Below, piece by piece: positions 20,272-30,847 of a stretch of DNA of 64,000 bases; the stretch's first letter is position 1; every line of letters begins with the position of its first letter. This stretch comes from Nitrospirota bacterium (lineage in GTDB: Bacteria > Nitrospirota > UBA9217), in contig CAWFSF010000001.1 in the NCBI GenBank assembly GCA_963818475.1, positions 279,631 to 343,630 on the forward strand, given 5' to 3'. A model generated the notes under the pieces. That model was not told the origin of the DNA. It did no database searches and saw only the letters and a program-made list of their open reading frames with translations. Both the position numbers and the translations under genes were made by a program.

Positions 20272-20933
20272 AAAATATCATTCTCATTCTGCTTTGCATC
20301 CTACTACCTGCAGCTGCCTCTGCAGAATCCCTTGATGCCGATCGCCCGCACTGGTCCCTGGAGGTCAAGGGCGGTGTTTTCATTCCTGATGTCGCCGACT
20401 GGGCCACGTTCTACGGTGACCGTTCAACAGGCCAGTTCGAGGGAACCCTGGCGTACAAGGTCTTGAGGCAGGTAGAAGTGGGTGTGTCAGTTGGCCGCAT
20501 CCGCGACGGAGGACAGGGCTACGCGCAACTTCATTCAGAAGCTACCGGTACAGCAACCTATGGAGGCCATATAAATTACCAGCTCTTTCCCGTAAATGCT
20601 TTCGTGGTCCTTCGCGGAGTGTTCACCGAGAACCAGTGGATCGTCCCCTATGTCGGAGGCGGCTGGACCCGGATGTACTACCAAGAGGAACTCAGTCAAC
20701 AGCCGACGGTCAAGGGCTATACTGACGGATCTCATGCGCGGGCCGGTCTTCAGTTCCTTTTGGACGCGCTTGACGAGCGCGCGGCAGCGAACATGCTTCT
20801 GGATTACGGCGTCTACCATACCTATTTCTTTGTCGAGGCTCAGCGCACCAGAGCGATGATCAACGAGGTCTCGGGCGGATCGGTCAATCTCGGCGGCACG
20901 AGCTGGCTAGGCGGGTTGTTGTTCGAGTTTTAG
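20268..20933 (+). CDS. Outer-membrane beta-barrel (resembles MXAN_2562 family)
   Basis: Signal peptide, amphipathic strands, LDALDERAA..LDYGVYHTY segment, terminal FEF; TTG start overlaps the upstream stop. Confidence 0.75.
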   Translation: MKNIILILLCILLPAAASAESLDADRPHWSLEVKGGVFIPDVADWATFYGDRSTGQFEGTLAYKVLRQVEVGVSVGRIRDGGQGYAQLHSEATGTATYGGHINYQLFPVNAFVVLRGVFTENQWIVPYVGGGWTRMYYQEELSQQPTVKGYTDGSHARAGLQFLLDALDERAAANMLLDYGVYHTYFFVEAQRTRAMINEVSGGSVNLGGTSWLGGLLFEF

Positions 20934-21269
20934 GAAACCTAAAAACCCTACTATCACGATCGCGCGATGATTCGGTATGCCCCTTTTACCTGCCATAAAA
21001 CTACTTGAGGCAGGAGATCCATGAGCTCGTGATGCGGAAGTTACAGGGACAGCGAACGATCGGCACAAGATAAATTCGCGAAATATGGGTCCCGATTTAC
21101 GTGGCATAAGGGGAGATGATAGCAAGAAGGGACAGCATGTCAATTCCAAAACCTGAGAACTATATGAACTTGCATCATCTAACCTTGACAGATCTGTAAA
21201 AAAAGTCTTTTTAGCCCCTTTTGTGCTTTTTGTGACTTATATGGCAAATCTCGATTTCTTGTGACCTCA

Positions 21270-21878
21270 TCAAATATACTCCTCCTGATTTTCCCGCACT
21301 TCCTCTTCCGGCGGAGGAGCAAGAAGGCGCTCAAGTTTTTTGTCTCTTCCGATTCGCCCGGCAAGCTCTCGGGTCTTTTCTTTTTCTTCGTCAGTCATGA
21401 GGCCAAAGAGGGTCACAACATCGTGGGCGTCCTTGTAGCCTGAAGCGAACAGCTTCATAGCAACGAGGTAGGGTTTGCTCAGAACAGGGAAAGGGACAGC
21501 TTCTATTCGGACGGCTTTTTCAATACCCTCCCTTTCCCATTTATATCGCGCTATCAGCAGATCAATCCGCTCATATTCACCTTCGGCGTCGTCTATAAAA
21601 ATAATATCGTGTTTTAAAGGGTCATCAGGGATTTTGCTGCCGCGTACAAAGCGCGCGGAAAATCTTTCTGGAAGATGTTTTACGAGAAGAGCATGGAAGG
21701 CGGAGGAATCGGCATTGGAGATGGCGTCGGAGTAAACGCAGAGATCCACGTCGAGGGTCGTTCGTTCCACGCCATGCAGGATGACGGCAGTTCCCCCAAC
21801 AAGCACGATATCGAACTTAGCGGGGATTGCGTTCGTAATGTCGCGGATTATCTTTAAGGTATCGTCTATAGATTTCAT
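21270..21878 (-). CDS. Nucleotidyltransferase-fold protein (DUF6036/AbiEii-like putative toxin)
   Basis: VLVGGTAV..HG..RTTLDVDL and MK..SGYKDAHD motifs. Confidence 0.7.
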   Translation of the reverse strand: MKSIDDTLKIIRDITNAIPAKFDIVLVGGTAVILHGVERTTLDVDLCVYSDAISNADSSAFHALLVKHLPERFSARFVRGSKIPDDPLKHDIIFIDDAEGEYERIDLLIARYKWEREGIEKAVRIEAVPFPVLSKPYLVAMKLFASGYKDAHDVVTLFGLMTDEEKEKTRELAGRIGRDKKLERLLAPPPEEEVRENQEEYI

Positions 21879-22020
21879 ATTCCGAAACCTTTTCGCCCCG
21901 CGCCTTGAGGGCGACGAATTGCAGGAAACGATCATGCATGGTGCGCAGCCGTTCAATGGGAGACAAATTGAGGAAATCTTTTTGCTCCTCATCTTTTCTG
22001 ATTTCCATGATCGACTTCAT
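21817..22020 (-). CDS. Small partner protein (putative antitoxin)
   Basis: 67 aa, LSPIERL motif, overlaps the NTase start. Confidence 0.55.
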   Translation of the reverse strand: MKSIMEIRKDEEQKDFLNLSPIERLRTMHDRFLQFVALKARGEKVSEYEIYRRYLKDNPRHYERNPR

Positions 22021-22141
22021 AAAAATAGACTATCAAATTAAGATTAAATATACAAGGCAATTATGGGGAGTGCAAGCTATTGCCGTCAAGAATAGAAGTT
22101 CAAGTCTGAACCCAATAAAGGGTGGAGTTTACAGGGAGCCC

Positions 22142-22815
22142 TTACGGCCAAGTTTTGCCATTTGATATGTGCTCCTGGGCAGCCACCAACCTGCTGATGG
22201 TCGCATAGTTCAATCCCAGATGATCCGCGATCTCCCTCTGAAGATATCCATGTTTCTCTACTGCCTCCGCTATTCGACGGTCCCGCTTGCGCTTGTCGCG
22301 CAGAAGGGCCTCCGGAAACAGTTTTTCCAGGGCCGGCCTCTTCAGGTATTTTTGACTCCGGGTGATCTCGGGCACCTCTTTGTGTTTTCTGAGATGATCT
22401 GTAAAGCGGTCTGCAAAATCCTCTTCACCGAGGATTGCCTGGCCCCGCATGTTGATCCAGACAGATTGCTTGCCGATTCCCCCTTTGACGAACTGCCGGT
22501 ATTCCTGCTCCGCCTTTCCCCGCTTCCCGCTAAACTGGCCCAATACCCAGTCTATGGTGAGGCACGGATGTGCCTTTGATCTGCCCGCCGTGGCCAGGAA
22601 ACTGGACCAGGGATAGGCCTCCGGCGTCTCGACCATCCTCGCCCGCACAGGATTCAGGACCACATAGCGGCAAACCTCAAGAAGATGACTGTCCTTCTGA
22701 ATCAGGATGGCTTTATATCGTCCCTGGAACAGGTGGCCGGTCCTGCCATGCCAATTGTTAAAGAGCTGCGTGTAAACGTCGTTCAGTTGTCTCATGCCAA
22801 TGGATAAATGCCCCA
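22142..22815 (-). pseudogene. N-terminally truncated REP-associated tyrosine transposase (RAYT)
   Basis: GHLFQGRYK, RYVVLNPVRA, YPWSS and C-terminal HTH present; the HUH-bearing N-terminus is missing and homology stops at the neighbouring gene's stop. Confidence 0.8.
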
Positions 22816-22818
22816 GCG

Positions 22819-23610
22819 CTACTTCTTTGACAAGATCTTTCTAAGGTCCTTTACTTCTGCTTTCAAAGCCTCGATTTGGTTTTGCTGTTCTTTTATGGCC
22901 TGGAGAAGCACGGGGGTCATTTTGCTGTAATCCATCCCGGTGACATACTCTGTGTCTTTTTCATCCCAAACCACTATTTCCGGTATATATTTGCCCACTT
23001 CCTCGCCGATAAATCCGATATCATGTTTTCCACCATGCTCAGCATCCCAATCATAATACACTCCGCGAAGGCCCAAAACAATGCCTAGCGCATTGTCAAC
23101 TTCTTTTATATTTCGCTTCCATCTTATAGAAGAAGTCGCACCGTAATTTACGCCAGGGCCAGTAGCGTTGAAATCATACTGTTTTCCTTCACCCCTGACC
23201 CCGGTGCCGTTCGCTAAGGGTGCTGTTGCTATTCCATAGACGCCGGCACCTCCAAGTTCATTAGTTATCTCCCCCTTGACACCGGACCCATTGATCGAGC
23301 CGCTGGAGCCAAATATTCCAATAGATCCACTTCCCATAACACCAGTTCCAGAGTAAGCAGTGCCACTTCCGTAAACGCCCATGTTGCTACCTACACTCCA
23401 GATGCCTGTTCCAGTAGTGCCGCTACCGCCTACGCTTAGTTTTGAAGCAGGTGAAGATGTACCTACTCCAATATTACCAGTCACATTCAAATTCGTTCCC
23501 ACCTCGAGTTTGCCGCTCACGATGAGATCACCGTTTGCCGCATAAAGAAGCCCTGTGGTAAAAAATGATACCGTCATTACTGCCGTTACCATCGCGATTC
23601 TGAGTTTCAT
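22819..23610 (-). CDS. Secreted fibre-like protein with C-terminal peptidase S74 intramolecular chaperone
   Basis: Signal peptide; GNIGVGT and GVxG repeats; SSIRWKRNIK..IGFIGEEV..DYSKMTPVLLQAIKEQQ coiled coil. Confidence 0.85.
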   Translation of the reverse strand: MKLRIAMVTAVMTVSFFTTGLLYAANGDLIVSGKLEVGTNLNVTGNIGVGTSSPASKLSVGGSGTTGTGIWSVGSNMGVYGSGTAYSGTGVMGSGSIGIFGSSGSINGSGVKGEITNELGGAGVYGIATAPLANGTGVRGEGKQYDFNATGPGVNYGATSSIRWKRNIKEVDNALGIVLGLRGVYYDWDAEHGGKHDIGFIGEEVGKYIPEIVVWDEKDTEYVTGMDYSKMTPVLLQAIKEQQNQIEALKAEVKDLRKILSKK

Positions 23611-24007
23611 TGTCTCCCCCTAAGTTTAAGTATTCCCATTATTGTTAATCTGCACAATCGGTTATTATAAATATCATCTGCTAAAACCATAAAGCCCTAT
23701 TCACACTTCAGTGACGGTGAGGAAGCAAATGACTTCGTCGGACCGCTCACAAGCCTGAATAGAGTGGCAATCGCATAAAAAAAACTGCACGTATTTAAAA
23801 GTAAAGCAACCGAGGCACAAAACACCTCATTTTACGGAGCGCTCTTGGTAGCTATTCAACTTAAAGCAACGTAGGAAACAACGTCCCTAATGTTGCTCAG
23901 CGAAAGCAAGTTGCACTTGACAAGGGGGCTATAGGATGTCCCCAAGATGCTTTTTCCCCAATATTTTAGAAGGCGAAGAAGACCGGGTGACTATTGCTGG
24001 ATTAGCA

Positions 24008-24277
24008 TCATCGACTAAACAGTGTGATCATACCCTTTGCTAAACCAGAGACTATCATGCAGATAAAACTAATAATCGTAAGCCAGAACCAAGAGCCCAC
24101 TCTATTCTGTTCCCGTTTCGTATCTCGATAATATTCTACAAAAACAATATCTGGCCGCAATCCGAATAGTCTGTGCTTGATAATTTTCTTCCGATACAAA
24201 TAGTCCGCCATAACCATGAAAGAAAAATAACCAAGCAACAGAAATATAAATGCTATCCAGCCGAGAATATTCGCCAT
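24008..24277 (-). CDS. 2-TM protein, candidate RHS immunity protein
   Basis: AT-rich, directly downstream of the RHS C-terminus, AAGGA RBS. Confidence 0.6.
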   Translation of the reverse strand: MANILGWIAFIFLLLGYFSFMVMADYLYRKKIIKHRLFGLRPDIVFVEYYRDTKREQNRVGSWFWLTIISFICMIVSGLAKGMITLFSR

Positions 24278-24295
24278 GATTTATTCCTTATCCGG

Positions 24296-27200
24296 TTACA
24301 AGCTACAGCATTTATCCACTATCGTAGGAGGTTCCGTGAATTTATAAATGCAAATAACGAATATTTTTACTCCCCAACCAGCACCAACTCCGAGATTTGA
24401 CCAGTTAGAACCTAATGTGTTTTCACCTGAAACTGGCCCGAACGCCGCTTCGACTGTTGCGCCCGCATAACCTGAGGGACAATTCTTTTTATCACCGATT
24501 GTGACAGAACCACCCCCGCTATAACCGACACCCAAACCAAAACACATTTTTTCCCATCGAACACGCCATCTATTTTTACCATCGCAGCACCAGTTAGTGC
24601 CTTTTCCATAGCCAATTAACAGCATGCCCTCAGCTTCAATTCCAGACCCAGCAATACTGCTTGAAGCCAATCCCCGAACGTCCGTTGATTTTATCGGATT
24701 ATTTTCGACGTAATTATACGGTTTCAATATTTGAGCAAAATAAGCTGCGGTAGATGCATTCACCAATAAGGGATCCGATTCTAAATATCGGCCAATGACT
24801 GGGTTATAGTCGCGGAAGTAATTATAGTGCAGGCTTGTTTCCTGATCATAGTACTGCCCAGGAAAACGGAGGTTGTTGGTGATCGTGCTGACGGTGATCG
24901 TCGCTTCACCGAACGGTTTATAGTCCGCAGCCCACACGACGGTGCCTGTCGAGTCCGTCATCTTCTGCGGGGTGGCAAGATGATCGTTGTGGCAATAGTA
25001 CGTATTCGCCCCTTCCATCTTCGCCAACGGCTGATCATTCAAGTATACATATTCCGCTGCGATAGTTCCAGCGCTATTTGATTCTGCAATGATCTGTCCA
25101 CTCAGGCTGTAATGGAAGATCGTGGTTGCTCCGTTCACGACCTTCTTCACCCTCTGGCCGTTGCCATTGTAGGTGTAGTTTGCCGTCATTGACCCGTCGT
25201 TCACCTGGATCAATCGCTGATTCTGATTGTAGACGTACTGGCGCGCCGCTTCTCGTTGTCGTATTTCCGTTGTTGTCGTATCCGAAGGACAATCCATTGG
25301 CGGTGTTCAGCTTGTTGGTATTCTGGTAGTAGGTGTAGGCACCCGCATTCTCGGTCTGCCTGTTCCCTACCCCGTCATAAGTCCAGCCCAAACTGCCCCA
25401 TATGCCCGATGATGTGGCTGTCCAAAGCCGGTCAAGATTATCATAGGTGAAGCTCTTGTTCTTTGAAGCATCGAGGCTGTCCGTAATGGCCGTTATGTTC
25501 CCATTGCTGTCATATCCGGTATAGCTGAGGCTCAGTGCCGCCCCTGCCGTTATGGAGCTGATCCTGTACTGATTATCGTATCCGATCGTGCCGCTCAGGC
25601 CATTGCCGTAGGTGATCGCATTCATGCCGCCGAAGGGTTTGTAGGTGATGTTGGATGCGAGATTGGCTGCACCGTTGAGTACACTGACTGCTCGGTCGTT
25701 GGTGTAGTTGTAGGTGATAACCTTGCCTGACGGGTAGGTCATGGTCTTCATGTTCCCGTTCATGTCATAGGTGTATTGTGTCACGTACTGAACGGTATCG
25801 ATCACCTTGGTTTCTTTTTTGACCTGCCCTTTTGGCGTGTACTCGTAGCTGGTCGTTCCGATGCATCGGTCATGGAACAGAGACGGCCCTTGCCGTTTAC
25901 GCAGGTGTCGTAGGAATAGACACGTGTCTGTATCAGCGGGATAGTCGATCGTCGTGAGCCGATTCAGTGCGTCGTAGGAATACGAAATCATGACTCCCTT
26001 GGCGTCGGTTTTGGATATGAGGTCCCCGGCCGGATCGTAAACGTAGGTCGTCGTCCCGGTATCCGGAGAAATGACCTGGTATACTCGGCCTTTGTCGTCA
26101 TAAATGTAGGTGGTAGCATTGTTGTTGGCATCGGTGACCGTGGTCAGGTTGTTATTTGAGTTGTAGCCGTAGCCGGTGGTAATCGTACTGGGCTGGATGG
26201 TTGCTACCAGCCGGCTCAGAGCATCGTACTGATACGTCGTACTTGCGGCGTTCGGATTGCGGAGGGAGGTGCGGTTACCCCGTGAATCATAACCATATTC
26301 CGTGTAGGTGCTGTCAGGATTCGTGATTCTTTTAAGCTTGTTCAAAGCATCATACTGGTAGCTCAGGCTCTTCTGGAGAGAATTACCTGCATCCCTGATC
26401 TCTTCCGTGAGCCTGTTCCCCTCGGAATCATAGGTATAGTTGAAACTGTTGCCAAGGCTGTCGCTGATGCTGGCGAGATTGCTGTTGGCATCATATCCGT
26501 AGGTTATAGTGTTCCCTTCCGGCAGGGTAATATGATCGATCTTGTTCGCCCCTCCGCAGGAGGTGCATCCTCCCGCGACATAGGCATATTGCGTGGGGTT
26601 GGTGTCGCCTGCTGCGGTGACCGTAAGCACGCGTCCGTTTTCGTCATAGGTATAGGCAGTGCTGTTGCCGTTCGGGTCAAGGACGTTCCGGGGATTGCCG
26701 AGGGCATCGTGATCGGAATAGGTCGTTGTGCCGATCAGCGGCTGGGTCGTTGAGGTCAGATACCCGGTTGTCGGATCATAGGCATAGCTCGTAAGGTCCG
26801 TCACATCGGTCCTGGGGCCGTCGATGCTCGTGAGCTTGCCGTTGGTATAACCATAGGTCGTGGTATAGGAGTAGGCCGTGCCGCTGCCGAGAAGTCCGGC
26901 ATCGGTCGTGGTCAGGAGATTGCCGGTCGCGTTGTCATAGGTGTTGGTGACGGTCTTGTTTTGATTCGGGTCAACTATGCTCTTGACGATCTCCTGGGCC
27001 AGCTTGTGGAATGTAGCAGTTGTGGCTAACGGATCGATCTCATACTGGTAGATGTACGTCGTGGTCTTCTGAATAGCAGCCCAGTCACTCGGGCTGGCTT
27101 TGCTTGCTTCTGTTTTGGTCTTTAAGTTGCCGTAGGCATCATAGGTGTAATCGTTAGCTGACCTGAGCACAAGGACCGGTACGGAAGGACTTCCCGTGTT

Positions 27201-28367
27201 TTCCCAGTATTCTTCTCGGGTGATCTTTGTCTGGCTGTTTCTTGCATAGGTCGTGACGTTGCCTACGGTGTCGGTCTCTTTTACGACCTGGCCGTTCTCT
27301 CCGAACTCTACGGTCCGAATGTTCGTGTTCAGAACAGTGCCGGAGCTGTCTTTGATCGTGGTCGTGACTTTTGTCTTTGCATAAGGCGTGATGTACTCGA
27401 AGTCGATTACGCCTGTTCCGTGGGTCTGCCTGGTCACCCGTCCGTTGGTGTAGGTATTTACATACTCGCCTTTGCCTTCGTCCACGCTCGTCATGAGATG
27501 CATGTTGTTGGGGTTGGTATATCCGTAGGTGATGCTTGCCTCGGGACCGGTGACTGAGGTAAGGTTGCCGATGTTGTCGTGACCGTAGTTAACCGTCCTT
27601 CTGCTGTCTGTGATGCTGCTGAGCCTGCCGTTAAGGTCGTATGCGAAGGTTACTTGTGCGCCGGTCAGGTTCCCGGAGGCGTTTTTTTCCTCTATTTTAT
27701 AGATCTTGTAATCGTAAGCCACGATGAGCGGGGTCGTCCCGACATTGTAGAGCAGAAGGCCCATGAGACCGTCACGGACCTGGGCGGTATAGGTGATCGT
27801 GATGGAGGCTCCTGTTGCGTCTATAAGCTGGATAAGCCGGCCCTGGGGATCATAAATGTCCCTGGCCCCGCTTTTGTCGGTGAAGGTGTAGCTGTCGTCA
27901 GCGTTCTGGACAAGGGTGCCGCTTTCGCCGAGGGGAGTGATGTAGCCTCCTACGCTCCAGGTGAACCGCCGTTTCCAGCCGCATTCTTTTCTGAGGGTGA
28001 CGGAGCCGTCGGGGTAGGTGTAGAGTCTGCGGTCGTAGTTGACGGCCCAGCCGTAGCCCAGGGGGCTGTCGTAGCCGGAGCGGCTGTTGTAGATCCGCCG
28101 AACCGCGATGGGGTAGAGGTTTCCGATGGTAAGATCGGTGCGGGAGGTGGTTTCAGCGCCGGCCAGCAGGTTGATGGGTTTGCCGGCAAGACCGGGGATA
28201 TAGCCGTTCATGCTGGGAGCAGGATCGTCTGCGCAGGCGGCGATATCGTCGGTGTCGATTGGCGTATTAATGGCGGTGTTATCAGTGCCCAAGGCTAGGG
28301 CTGGCATCGGGAACAAAGCACCAAGACAAAGAAAAAGAATGAATAAGGCCACAATGTTCCTGCGCAT
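24296..28367 (-). CDS. RHS/YD-repeat protein with signal peptide and DUF6531-like N-terminus (frameshifted)
   Basis: YD repeats; core LRFPGQYYDQETSLHYNYFRDYNP..GRYLESDP; PIKSTDVRGL boundary; frameshift near 25250 and a compensating pair at 25855-25925. Confidence 0.92.
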
Positions 28368-28423
28368 GCAAATCCTCCTCGTAAAACCACACTTCATCAT
28401 CGAGAATCTATACGGAACTTTGA

Positions 28424-29017
28424 TCATTGACATTGACCTGGACCGGGATCGGGGCCGCCAGCACTACCGCCAAAGGGATCAAGACAAAAAGGATTACCGC
28501 AGCAGGGGTCGTCTGGCTTGTCGCAGCAGGGATCACTCGATCCAGAACAGCCAATTTTGTATTGGCAGTATAAGATGTCGCCACCTCGGCAACCAAATGT
28601 ATCGGTGTGTGTATAAGAGCCATATGCATTGAAAAACGAAGCAGCATAATACTCAAAATCGCAAGTAGAATCACTGACTTCAGACGTGCCATCACAATAC
28701 GTATCAACAGTAGTCATGTACCAATAATAACGATAAGTGATCGGCCAGAAGCCTTGCTGCCATTGTTTAGGACAATGTGGGCTAAACTCTACCCATGATG
28801 TCGTTCGAGAAGCAAGGACGGGTCCGTTATTACACCTTTGCCATATTTTGTAGTCATCCCCCACTTGTTCAGCCCACAGCTCACACCCTGCCGGGACCGG
28901 ATCCCCGCATTCTGCATAAACAGGTGTTAAAAAACCAAAACCGCATACCATGACAATGAGGATCAGTTGCATCATCCTCAGCTTTATTCGACTTCGGAAT
29001 ATTAGTTTTCTTCCCAT
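28424..29017 (-). CDS. Secreted cysteine-rich protein
   Basis: GGAGG RBS, signal peptide, 16 Cys including DPCC twice. Confidence 0.7.
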   Translation of the reverse strand: MGRKLIFRSRIKLRMMQLILIVMVCGFGFLTPVYAECGDPVPAGCELWAEQVGDDYKIWQRCNNGPVLASRTTSWVEFSPHCPKQWQQGFWPITYRYYWYMTTVDTYCDGTSEVSDSTCDFEYYAASFFNAYGSYTHTDTFGCRGGDILYCQYKIGCSGSSDPCCDKPDDPCCGNPFCLDPFGGSAGGPDPGPGQCQ

Positions 29018-29257
29018 AATTCCTCCTGAAACAATGGATTACAGCTCACAAGGACATATAAAAAATGAAGAACTGATCTGTGCAGATCCTGTGATTAATA
29101 ACTCATCTTTAAAATTCCTTGAGCAACAGCACTTATCCCAGTGTCCGGGCTCACCGCTTGAATTGTTGCTTCATTGTCCTAGCGACCAGTTTATGATAAC
29201 CAGAATTTAAGGAAATAGGGTGACACTCCAAAGTTAGGTTTTGAAAGGAGTGTCATC

Positions 29258-30820
29258 ATGAAACCAGAAAAGAGTATACAGCAAGGCGAGAGGAAAAGGA
29301 AGTTCCCGAAGCGAAGCAAGAGGTATGGATCCGATTTCAAGCTTCAAGTAGTCAAGAAATTTGTAGAAGAGAGCATCCCGGTTTCGGTGATTCTTCAGGA
29401 ATCCGGGTTGAGCAGTGGGACGGTAGGGCGTTGGGTGCGCGCTTATCGTGCTGACGGTGAAGCCGGACTCGCCACGCACTACCGGGGCAAGGGCCGCAGC
29501 CTTCCCTCCCCGGTGAAGCAGAAAATCGTCGAACTCAAAAAAGCCAACCCTCCCTTCGGCATCAAGCGCATATCACAGGTTTTAAAGAGAGCATTCTTCC
29601 TTTCCGCCAGCCCCGAGACCGTCAGAAAGACACTTCACGAATCATCCCTGATAACCGCCCCACCCAAGAAGCGGCAGCACAACATCACCCGTCCCCGGTT
29701 TTTCGAACGAACAGCGCCGAACCAGCTTTGGCAGACGGATATCTTCACGTTCCGCCTTGGCGGCCACTATGCGTACCTGATCGGCTACATCGACGATTAC
29801 TCCCGCTATGTAACCGGGCTCGAGCTTTTCAGAAGCCAGACAGGGCAAAACGTTATCGAGATATACCGGCGGGCGGCCGCCGAGTACAACCCGCCGAAAG
29901 AGATGCTTACGGACAATGGGCGACAGTATACGAGCTGGCACGGGAAGAGCCGTTTCGAAGCGGAGCTCAAGAAAGACAAGATCCACCACATCAAATCGCG
30001 GCCTCACCACCCGATGACGCTGGGCAAGATCGAGCGGTTCTGGAAAACCATCTACCTGGAGTTCCTGAGCCGGGCTCAGTTCGCGAGCTTCGAGGACGCG
30101 GCGGAACGGATACGGCAGTGGGTGAAATACTACAACCACAAACGGCCGCACCAGGGTATCGGCGGCCTGTGCCCCGCGGACCGGTACTTCGAGATCCAGA
30201 GCGAGCTTAAGCAGACAATCGAGCAAGGCATCCAGGAGAACCTCCTGGAGATGGCGCTCCGGGGCAAACCGCGTCTGCCGTTCTACATGGTGGGCCGCAT
30301 GGAGGGTCAGTCAGTGGTGCTGCGGGCAGAAAAGGGCAAACTGCGGCTGTCGGTTGACGACGAGGAAGATGACACCACGCAGGAAGTAGTCTACAATCTA
30401 AACGAAGAAGGAGCCGGCCATGGAGAAGGCGGAGAAGATAAAAAGCGAGAAGAAGCGGCAACCGACGAACCACGGGGCGATGGAGAAATGCCGGGCGGTG
30501 CTGGCGGTGTGGACGGAGCGTCGGAGGCCGGCGGAGATATGCCGGGAGCTGGGGATACCGTGGATGGTGCTGGCGCAGTGGCAGAAGCGGGCGATGGAGG
30601 GGATGCTTCAGGCGCTGGAACCCCGGGTGAGACTGGACAAGGGGCCGGCGCTCTCCCCGCGCCTCCAGTCAATGCTGGAGAAAAAGCGCCTGACGCTTCC
30701 GGCCTCGATCCGGCTGGAAAAGACGCTGTCGAAGGCGCAGGAAGCAAGGAAAGCGGAGGCGCCGTCAAAGGATCAGAAGCCCTCCGGCGAAGCCCCGCAG
30801 ACAGCGGGACGCAAGGCTGA
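29258..30820 (+). CDS. IS481-like DDE transposase with long C-terminal extension
   Basis: N-terminal HTHs; WQTD, TDNG and GKIER triad; YNHKRPHQG. Confidence 0.9.
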   Translation: MKPEKSIQQGERKRKFPKRSKRYGSDFKLQVVKKFVEESIPVSVILQESGLSSGTVGRWVRAYRADGEAGLATHYRGKGRSLPSPVKQKIVELKKANPPFGIKRISQVLKRAFFLSASPETVRKTLHESSLITAPPKKRQHNITRPRFFERTAPNQLWQTDIFTFRLGGHYAYLIGYIDDYSRYVTGLELFRSQTGQNVIEIYRRAAAEYNPPKEMLTDNGRQYTSWHGKSRFEAELKKDKIHHIKSRPHHPMTLGKIERFWKTIYLEFLSRAQFASFEDAAERIRQWVKYYNHKRPHQGIGGLCPADRYFEIQSELKQTIEQGIQENLLEMALRGKPRLPFYMVGRMEGQSVVLRAEKGKLRLSVDDEEDDTTQEVVYNLNEEGAGHGEGGEDKKREEAATDEPRGDGEMPGGAGGVDGASEAGGDMPGAGDTVDGAGAVAEAGDGGDASGAGTPGETGQGAGALPAPPVNAGEKAPDASGLDPAGKDAVEGAGSKESGGAVKGSEALRRSPADSGTQG

Positions 30821-30830
30821 TAACCCGTAA
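30420..30830 (+). CDS. HTH protein overlapping the transposase tail in the +1 frame
   Basis: AGGAG RBS; RAVLAV..AEICRELGI..WQKRAMEGMLQALE, similar to the next ORF. Confidence 0.7.
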   Translation: MEKAEKIKSEKKRQPTNHGAMEKCRAVLAVWTERRRPAEICRELGIPWMVLAQWQKRAMEGMLQALEPRVRLDKGPALSPRLQSMLEKKRLTLPASIRLEKTLSKAQEARKAEAPSKDQKPSGEAPQTAGRKADNP

Positions 30831-30847
30831 CGGAAAGGCCGGTGCGT

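Noticed and set aside
22819-23610. Prophage remnant suggested by the tail-fibre chaperone
   Set aside because: No other phage genes are present and the protein has a Sec signal peptide
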